Shown piece by piece: positions 25,131 through 31,009 of a stretch of DNA of 31,009 nt. Source of the stretch: a virus (lineage: Duplodnaviria > Heunggongvirae > Uroviricota > Caudoviricetes); the IMG/VR virus record IMGVR_UViG_3300032117_000012; one strand, given 5' to 3'. The notes beneath the pieces were generated by a model. It was not told the origin of the DNA. It saw only the letters and a list, made by a program, of their open reading frames with translations, and did no database searches. Within the stretch, counting starts at the first letter, position 1. Each line of letters begins with the position of its first letter. The translations under genes and the position numbers were made by a program.

Positions 25131-25889
25131 TTAATCTAATGAATATTCCTTATCCTCTGCATGAGCCAAGAAATCATTCAGTTTATCTATTTTACCAAGA
25201 TTTCGCAAAGACTTAAACACTAGATTTTCTAATGCAAATTCTCCAGATTTTTGAATACCAGAGGATCGCATTTTATAAAATCTACGTTTAAGAGACTTAA
25301 TCTGTTCAATTTTTTTCTTGGTTGAAAATGAAATATCGCTGGTTAACCCATCGATCTGTTTCATATAATATTTAATTTTTCTGATCATATGGGGGTCATC
25401 GTATGATGATTGCACATCTCGTTTAGAAGGTTTAGAAATCCATTTCTCGTGTATCAGAGAATATACTCCTTGGTCAGATTTAGGAATCTCGGATTTATGA
25501 TCTTCTGCATACAACTCTACCGGATATCCCTTTACCCTTATATGAGGATGATGCACAGCCCATAGAACTTTCTTATCATACAACCAATCTTCGACAATAT
25601 CAAGATCTTTTATCACCTTTCCTAGATCGACAATTAAATGTATGTCTATGTCACTGGCATTTGTATAATTATAATTACAATTTCCCCCTGTGATGACAAT
25701 ATCTTTAATGGCAGAAAATGGGATCCTAGAAAAGTCTGCCCAATCATGGGCAATCCGTATCAATGCCTGATGTACATCAGATCTTAACGTATCATGATCA
25801 TCCCAAATTTTTGAATTTAATGTATCATGATATGCAAGAGTAGTATCAAATTTTTCTTTTGCTTCTATAAAATGTGAAAATGAAACCAT
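25131..25889 (-). CDS. Pol-beta-superfamily nucleotidyltransferase
   Basis: TGGNCNYNY..SDIDIH (G[GS]..DxD) plus third acidic residue in VELYAE; N-terminus MVSFSHFIE. Confidence 0.75.
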   Translation of the reverse strand: MVSFSHFIEAKEKFDTTLAYHDTLNSKIWDDHDTLRSDVHQALIRIAHDWADFSRIPFSAIKDIVITGGNCNYNYTNASDIDIHLIVDLGKVIKDLDIVEDWLYDKKVLWAVHHPHIRVKGYPVELYAEDHKSEIPKSDQGVYSLIHEKWISKPSKRDVQSSYDDPHMIRKIKYYMKQIDGLTSDISFSTKKKIEQIKSLKRRFYKMRSSGIQKSGEFALENLVFKSLRNLGKIDKLNDFLAHAEDKEYSLD

Positions 25890-25904
25890 CGAAACCTTCT
25901 ATTG

Positions 25905-25912
25905 TATAAATA
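25905..25912 (+). promoter_or_regulatory. T4 late promoter TATAAATA for the lysis genes
   Basis: Exact consensus 32 nt upstream of ATG 25945. Confidence 0.75.
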
Positions 25913-25924
25913 TGATAGATACAG

Positions 25925-25932
25925 TATTTATG
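25925..25932 (-). promoter_or_regulatory. T4-type late promoter (CATAAATA) for the NTase
   Basis: 35 nt upstream of ATG 25889; faces the plus-strand late promoter. Confidence 0.6.
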
Positions 25933-25944
25933 TTTCGGAGAATA

Positions 25945-26472
25945 ATGATGTTTTTGATACCAACACCTTATAAATTTCTAATTGCGATTTTAGGAGCTTT
26001 CTCTTTATTATTAGGAGGATTTTTCTATGGAAGACATGTTGGGAATTTGGATTCTAAAGTAGCCATAGCGAATTTTAATCAAAAGGCGCAAGCTACCCAA
26101 GTAGTTTATCAAAAAGTAGCTGGTCCAGCTACTACAAAAATAGTGACACAGTATGTTGATAGATGGCATACTATCAAGGAGAATGAAGATGTTAATAAAC
26201 AAATCGCTGAAAATGTTGTGCCTGACCATGGCATTCTTAGCAACGGCTGGGTGCGGACATACAATAATTCAGCCGCAGCTACAGCCATTGATCCTGCCAG
26301 CGCAGCTGACGCAACGCCCTCAGGAGTTGCAGCCAATCAAGCTCTTGGCACCATCACAGACAATAACGCAACCTGTAATAGTTGGAAAGCCCAATTAAAT
26401 GCACTTCTAGACGCTATCGAGGCACATAACAATGCAATTGATCAAGCAAATTCAGGAAAGCCTTTAAAATGA
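25945..26472 (+). CDS. inner-membrane spanin (Rz-like)
   Basis: Single N-terminal TM (FLIAILGAFSLLLGGFFYG), Ala/Gln/Asn-rich periplasmic part, directly upstream of the endolysin; GGAG SD. Confidence 0.75.
   Translation: MMFLIPTPYKFLIAILGAFSLLLGGFFYGRHVGNLDSKVAIANFNQKAQATQVVYQKVAGPATTKIVTQYVDRWHTIKENEDVNKQIAENVVPDHGILSNGWVRTYNNSAAATAIDPASAADATPSGVAANQALGTITDNNATCNSWKAQLNALLDAIEAHNNAIDQANSGKPLK
26189..26398 (+). CDS. outer-membrane spanin lipoprotein (Rz1-like), embedded out of frame in the i-spanin
   Basis: MLINKSLKMLCLTMAFLATAG-C signal peptide II, Pro/Gln-rich mature part, AAGGAG 7 nt upstream. Confidence 0.75.
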   Translation: MLINKSLKMLCLTMAFLATAGCGHTIIQPQLQPLILPAQLTQRPQELQPIKLLAPSQTITQPVIVGKPN

Positions 26473-27089
26473 ATCAGACAATATTAGAACTACAACAAAA
26501 AATTGGTATCAAAAATCCAGATGGGGTATGGGGAAAAGAAACTTATTCCGCCGCAAAAAACTACTTTAATTTGACCAAAGATAGAGCTGCACATTTTTTC
26601 GGTCAGTGCGCTCATGAATCTTGGAATTTTACAGAATTTTCAGAAAATTTACATTATTCTGCTGAAAGATTAAAAGAAGTATTTCCAAAGTATTTCCCAA
26701 CAGATGAAATTGCCAACAATTATGCCAATAACCCAGAAAAAATAGCGTCTAGAGTGTATGCTAATCGAATGGGTAATGGTGATGAAGCCAGCCAAGATGG
26801 GTGGAATTTCAGAGGTAGAGGTGCAATCCAGACAACAGGAAAATACCAATATACTTTACTTTCACATCATCTGAACAATCCAGACATAATTAAAACCCCA
26901 GATATCGTATCTACAAACGAAGCATTCGAATCTGCATTATTCTTTTTCGACCAAAACGGGTTATGGAAAATATGTGATGGAGGGGTAAATCTAGCTAATG
27001 TGAAAAAAATTACTAAAATAATTAATGGTGGATATGATAGATTAGATGACAGAATGAATAAAGTTAAATTATTTTCTACTTGGAATTAA
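26469..27089 (+). CDS. GH19 (chitinase-like) endolysin
   Basis: FFGQCAHES, ENLHYS, ANRMGNG, FRGRGAIQTTG, TKIINGG; short N-terminal PG-binding-like LQQKIG..DGVWG. Confidence 0.92.
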   Translation: MNQTILELQQKIGIKNPDGVWGKETYSAAKNYFNLTKDRAAHFFGQCAHESWNFTEFSENLHYSAERLKEVFPKYFPTDEIANNYANNPEKIASRVYANRMGNGDEASQDGWNFRGRGAIQTTGKYQYTLLSHHLNNPDIIKTPDIVSTNEAFESALFFFDQNGLWKICDGGVNLANVKKITKIINGGYDRLDDRMNKVKLFSTWN

Positions 27090-27090
27090 G

Positions 27091-27120
27091 AAAAGAGGGG
27101 AATTATTCCCCTCTTTTTAT
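27091..27120. terminator. bidirectional Rho-independent terminator
   Basis: AAAAGAGGGGAA-TTA-TTCCCCTCTTTT between the convergent endolysin and regA. Confidence 0.85.
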
Positions 27121-27509
27121 TTTTTAACACCAATACTATATTTTGGTTGTAATATCCATTTACTCTTATCTTTATGAGATATAATTTTAAGATGAGATAT
27201 CGGCACAACCGGAGTAGATGTCTTAGATGGATCTACAATGGTAATTAGTTCCCATTCATCTAAAAGATTTATGATGCTATTTCGTCTGGCTGCGTCATTT
27301 TCTGAAAAATCAGTATGACGTTTACCATCCAATAAAAATAGTTCCTTAAAGTGAACGATGTAATATTTACCTTGTTTATGTAAAATATGACAAGATTGAA
27401 ATAATGTATTCGTTCTCTTTGATGCCACACCAATTCGTGTGAGGGTTTCTTTGACTAATAGGAACCCGTCATCGTCGTTTAATTTTACTTCGATTAAATT
27501 TTCAATCAT
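27117..27509 (-). CDS. regA: RegA translational repressor
   Basis: FLLVKETLTRIGVAS..LFQSCHILHKQGKYYIVHFKELFLLDG..RRNSI..LL.EW. Confidence 0.95.
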   Translation of the reverse strand: MIENLIEVKLNDDDGFLLVKETLTRIGVASKRTNTLFQSCHILHKQGKYYIVHFKELFLLDGKRHTDFSENDAARRNSIINLLDEWELITIVDPSKTSTPVVPISHLKIISHKDKSKWILQPKYSIGVKK

Positions 27510-27510
27510 T

Positions 27511-27900
27511 TTATCCACCAATTTCTGTTTTTTTTATTATTTCACTTAACTGTTCCGTAGTCAAAACAAGAAGATATTCTTCTGCCTTCGTATAATTACA
27601 GTTAAAATATATAGAAATTTTCTCTACTTCATCTGAAATAATACGTTTTGAATGCTTCGCAGATATACGCTTTCTCTTATTTAGAGAATGAAAATAATAG
27701 TCATATTGCATGATTGCTGGTAAATTTGGATATTTATTTATCTCATTGGCATATAAACAGCTATCACTAAAATATGATAGAGTTTTATTTGTCAACCATT
27801 TATTATATCCTGATAACGCTAGATCAGGATCAATTGCGTCCCTAACAAAATTATTTTTTGTATGTGAGACTGCGTTTATATAATCAAACGGACCACTCAT
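27511..27900 (-). CDS. gp62: clamp loader small subunit gp62
   Basis: PFDYINAV, YANEIN, QYDYY..L..RKR; position between gp44 and regA. Confidence 0.88.
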   Translation of the reverse strand: MSGPFDYINAVSHTKNNFVRDAIDPDLALSGYNKWLTNKTLSYFSDSCLYANEINKYPNLPAIMQYDYYFHSLNKRKRISAKHSKRIISDEVEKISIYFNCNYTKAEEYLLVLTTEQLSEIIKKTEIGG

Positions 27901-28835
27901 TTAAACGTACAAGTCCCCATTATTTCCAAAATTGCAGCTGCTAGATTAATTTCGGGATTAGCAACAAAAGCATTTTGATATTGATACTTAGCTAAAATCA
28001 AAATTAGATCAGGAATGCTATGACCTTCTACCAAATCATAAGCCCCATCATATATTTTTTTAAACATATGATCCATATCAATGTCAGAATGTTCACCTAT
28101 CCACTTTCTGGCTGTACCAAAATCTTTTACTTTTAATGCTTTTATTAGATCATTAAAATGAGTATCAGAGAAGTTAACAAGGATATCCTCAGTAATTTTA
28201 CCATAAGTAGCCGCCCACTTTTGTAATTCGTTAAGTGTTCGTCTCCAATCAGGACAATTTTTAGCAATGACTGTAGCTAAAACCTTACGATCATACTCGA
28301 CATTTTCTTTATCAAGAATTACCATGGATCGCTTTAAAAACTGAGAAGCTAGGTTTGGTAGTTCTTTCTTTTTAAAATTAAAATCTATTACAGAACATCT
28401 ACTGTCTACAATGGCATCAATAATTTTATTTTTATGATTACATGTCAATATAAAGCCGCAATTGGCAGAACATTCCTCTATAAAGCCTCTCAGAGCATTT
28501 TGAATGGCTGGGGTAAGTCCATCTGCCTCATCCAATATAACATACTTCCTACCACCTTTAAAACTGACTGTAGAAGCAAACCCTTGGATCAATGTACGAA
28601 GATTATCAATGTTACCATCCTTTGATCCATTGATAAGAATATAATCCGCATCCATCTCGTTAAGCATAGCTTTAGCTATGGTGGTTTTACCACATCCGGG
28701 AGGGCCAGCTAAAAGCAAAGTTATCACTTCACCTTGTTTAACAAATTCTTTGAACATATTTTTTAGTGAGTCAGGAAGAATACAATCTTCCACTGTAGAT
28801 GGGCGATATTTTTCTACCCAAATAAATTCAGTCAT
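27897..28835 (-). CDS. gp44: clamp loader AAA+ subunit gp44
   Basis: WVEKYRP, GPPGCGKT, ILDEAD, LRGFIEE, SRC. Confidence 0.96.
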   Translation of the reverse strand: MTEFIWVEKYRPSTVEDCILPDSLKNMFKEFVKQGEVITLLLAGPPGCGKTTIAKAMLNEMDADYILINGSKDGNIDNLRTLIQGFASTVSFKGGRKYVILDEADGLTPAIQNALRGFIEECSANCGFILTCNHKNKIIDAIVDSRCSVIDFNFKKKELPNLASQFLKRSMVILDKENVEYDRKVLATVIAKNCPDWRRTLNELQKWAATYGKITEDILVNFSDTHFNDLIKALKVKDFGTARKWIGEHSDIDMDHMFKKIYDGAYDLVEGHSIPDLILILAKYQYQNAFVANPEINLAAAILEIMGTCTFK

Positions 28836-28850
28836 AATAAAACTTTCAAA

Positions 28851-29537
28851 TTAAGATTTAATTGATTCTGTCGCAATCCAATTGGTTTGATTAGCACTAG
28901 TAAATTTTGCCAGCACTCTATTACCTTTGCCATCTGTTCTACCAAGAATCGACACTCTGTAGTCATCAGGTGTCAAAAGAACAAGATAATTCTTGTCTAT
29001 TACACTCAAAAATGTTTTATCAGTTTTACCAATATGGATATTAAAATTATTTGATCCCGGATCTTTGACACCAGTAGATCTAACAAAAACATCTCCAAAT
29101 TCCCCAGCAAATACGACATTTGGTAAGGATAGAACATGAGCGGCTTTGATAATAGTAGAAATATCTTCTTGGGTTAGATCAAATTCGACTATGACATCAT
29201 CATAAGAATCTAAAATAGTAAATTGTTCCTCTGAAGGAAAAACTATCATACTTTCACTGGCAAATCGATAAACAACATTTTTGTTACCATCGATAATATG
29301 CATTGCATCATCCATAATTTCAATGTCTGGGTCATTAAATAATGACAAAACACCTAAAAATCCATGGAGATTGTAGATACAGAACCCCTTTTCGAATTCT
29401 GTATCTACTTTTGATTTAGAAACCACAGTTTTAGCCGCTGTCATACTAGAGATTATATTACCCGGCTCAACTTTAAGTCCTTGGTTCATCCTCGAATAAT
29501 TCTTCAGCACTGCAATTGTATTTTCACCTAATTTCAT
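28851..29537 (-). CDS. gp45: sliding clamp gp45
   Basis: MKL..TIAVLKNY..N, FCIYNL..FL, YRFA..S.I; synteny upstream of gp44. Confidence 0.85.
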   Translation of the reverse strand: MKLGENTIAVLKNYSRMNQGLKVEPGNIISSMTAAKTVVSKSKVDTEFEKGFCIYNLHGFLGVLSLFNDPDIEIMDDAMHIIDGNKNVVYRFASESMIVFPSEEQFTILDSYDDVIVEFDLTQEDISTIIKAAHVLSLPNVVFAGEFGDVFVRSTGVKDPGSNNFNIHIGKTDKTFLSVIDKNYLVLLTPDDYRVSILGRTDGKGNRVLAKFTSANQTNWIATESIKS

Positions 29538-29567
29538 ATTAACACTCCAAAATCATAATTTCAATAT

Positions 29568-29596
29568 ATTGTATAGAATTAAACGGCTATTGTCAA
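29568..29596 (-). promoter_or_regulatory. sigma70-type promoter for gp45-gp44-gp62-regA
   Basis: TTGACA-N17-TACAAT. Confidence 0.7.
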
Positions 29597-30555
29597 GCCT
29601 TCTTTCCTAGTTTAGACGGATCTGCTGTAGCAGAAACTCCAATTGAAGCAATGTCAGCAAGAGAACCACCAAAAGTATAACTTCCTGTATGGGTAAGTTT
29701 AATCCATGGGCACAGCCAAACTTTCAATCCAGCTCTACGTGCCCATTGACAAAACATGTAATCTTCTGATAGATACCGATTAGAATATTCAAATCCAAAA
29801 GCAGATTTCTTTGTATCATCTATAAAAGATACAACCTCTTCAGGCGTGGCAGAAGGATTATCTTCGAAAAACTTACGAATTTCCCGAGTGATATTTGAAT
29901 GCTTGTTATCTATAACAGCATCAAATGCCATAGAAATTTCTCTTGTCCCATCGAATGCTGCTGTTCTAACATGGTCAGGCTTATAATTAAGCTCTGGATA
30001 TGCTGTGACATATTTTTCCAATGATGAACGACGAATCATCATAAACCCTGTACCAGATTCCAAAACTTCTTCTGGTTGGTCTAATCTGATCTGACTTTTA
30101 CCGCCAGCTGGATTGAAGACATAATCTCCGACAAATTTTTCTAGCACATTTGGATCTTGGTCTGCAACTCCTAAATCACATGCAGCTTTAATTTTTTCCC
30201 AACTAATGCATTTCTTCGGATATGGGGCGCATAAAACATCATATTCACTCTCATCACTCATTAATGCAAGCATACCAATGACATCGTTAGCGTCAAATCC
30301 AATATCAGAATCGATAAACATCATATGAGTACAATCTGAGCGTAGAAACTCATCTGCACAATATGCTCTGGCTCTAGTGATCAAGGATTCATTAAACAAA
30401 TAATAATACCTAATATTCACTCCATAATGTGCCGCTAATGCAACCAAATCATTAGAAGATTTGGTATAAGATCCATGGGCCATACCACCATACATGGGGA
30501 CAGCAATTAGGAGAGAACGTTTTCTTAAATCATTAATATCGATGGATATTTCCAT
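29593..30555 (-). CDS. GT-A-fold glycosyltransferase-like protein
   Basis: LLIAVPMYGG, NESLITRAR, MFIDSDIGF (DxD), GTGFMMIRR, SEDY.FC, L.H.G. Confidence 0.7.
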   Translation of the reverse strand: MEISIDINDLRKRSLLIAVPMYGGMAHGSYTKSSNDLVALAAHYGVNIRYYYLFNESLITRARAYCADEFLRSDCTHMMFIDSDIGFDANDVIGMLALMSDESEYDVLCAPYPKKCISWEKIKAACDLGVADQDPNVLEKFVGDYVFNPAGGKSQIRLDQPEEVLESGTGFMMIRRSSLEKYVTAYPELNYKPDHVRTAAFDGTREISMAFDAVIDNKHSNITREIRKFFEDNPSATPEEVVSFIDDTKKSAFGFEYSNRYLSEDYMFCQWARRAGLKVWLCPWIKLTHTGSYTFGGSLADIASIGVSATADPSKLGKKA

Positions 30556-30558
30556 AAA

Positions 30559-30966
30559 TTATTTTTCCTTATTATATTCTAAATCGTGTACATGTAATTG
30601 AATTATTGCATAATGAATAACTTTCATCATGTCTTTTCTCCATTCGGCAGGAGTACCTTTATGCCCATATCTTTGGGCATATTTTAAAATATTACCGACA
30701 CAAAATCCAGTTCCGTGACCTCCATCGATAATAAATTCTGTAGCTTGATAATTATTATGGGAATAATGCTCGCCATATGTTCCATCAATATAATCAGATA
30801 TCTCTTTTAGAGTTTGACCTTCATTATATTTATATGGAATAGTGGGTATTTTCTCTTCCACATTTTCTGGTAGCTGAACCATAAATCCGCCAGTTCTAAT
30901 AGTATGTATAATATCAAATTGATTTGGATCTATATGATTGAATTGTGGATTAATTTCTTTTTTCAT
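30559..30966 (-). CDS. conserved T4-like protein (DUF3310-like)
   Basis: YKYNE..YID.TY..HY, GFCVGNILKYAQRYG.K..KDMMKVIHYA. Confidence 0.7.
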   Translation of the reverse strand: MKKEINPQFNHIDPNQFDIIHTIRTGGFMVQLPENVEEKIPTIPYKYNEGQTLKEISDYIDGTYGEHYSHNNYQATEFIIDGGHGTGFCVGNILKYAQRYGHKGTPAEWRKDMMKVIHYAIIQLHVHDLEYNKEK

Positions 30967-31009
30967 TTTTCACCTTTTTCATTTTCTTCAATGCAATATC
31001 ACGTTTCAA

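Noticed and set aside
14247-28625. Antisense or off-frame ORFs such as 14247..14624, 15314..15766, 17304..17642, 22015..22308, 24676..25071, 26011..26336, 28434..28625
   Set aside because: They are shadows of real genes caused by codon bias, with no SD or motifs. The embedded ORF at 26189 is the exception, since it has an SD and a lipobox
1-31009. CRISPR array, introns or inteins in gp43/nrdJ/thyA/gp41, rRNA
   Set aside because: No regularly spaced repeats were seen; these genes are uninterrupted and of expected length

Overview
This is an AT-rich segment of a T4-like (myovirus-type) phage genome. The host is probably an alphaproteobacterium, inferred from a GapR/DUF2312 homolog and a class II B12-dependent RNR. 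From left to right it holds: (1) a minus-strand cluster of 7 tRNA genes, several structurally atypical, with a Pth2-type peptidyl-tRNA hydrolase; (2) two tandem His-rich ADP-ribosyltransferases facing a kinase-like gene and its partner; (3) small early genes behind sigma70-type promoters; (4) a nucleotide-metabolism block (GIY-YIG nuclease, dCMP deaminase, NrdJ, ThyA with an N-terminal R67/DfrB-like domain) and primase gp61; (5) a late block of probable virion/head proteins; (6) a metallophosphoesterase-type nuclease, GapR-like protein, gp41, uvsX and gp43; (7) a late island (nucleotidyltransferase; i-spanin with embedded o-spanin; GH19 endolysin) between gp43 and regA; (8) regA, gp62, gp44, gp45 and a glycosyltransferase-like gene. 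The best leads are a dispersed set of putative virion-packaged enzymes (2 ARTs, a kinase-like protein, an NTase) that share late promoters and capsid-targeting-like N-termini, a possible DfrB-ThyA fusion, and non-canonical tRNAs. All family assignments come from motif recognition by eye; no database searches were run.
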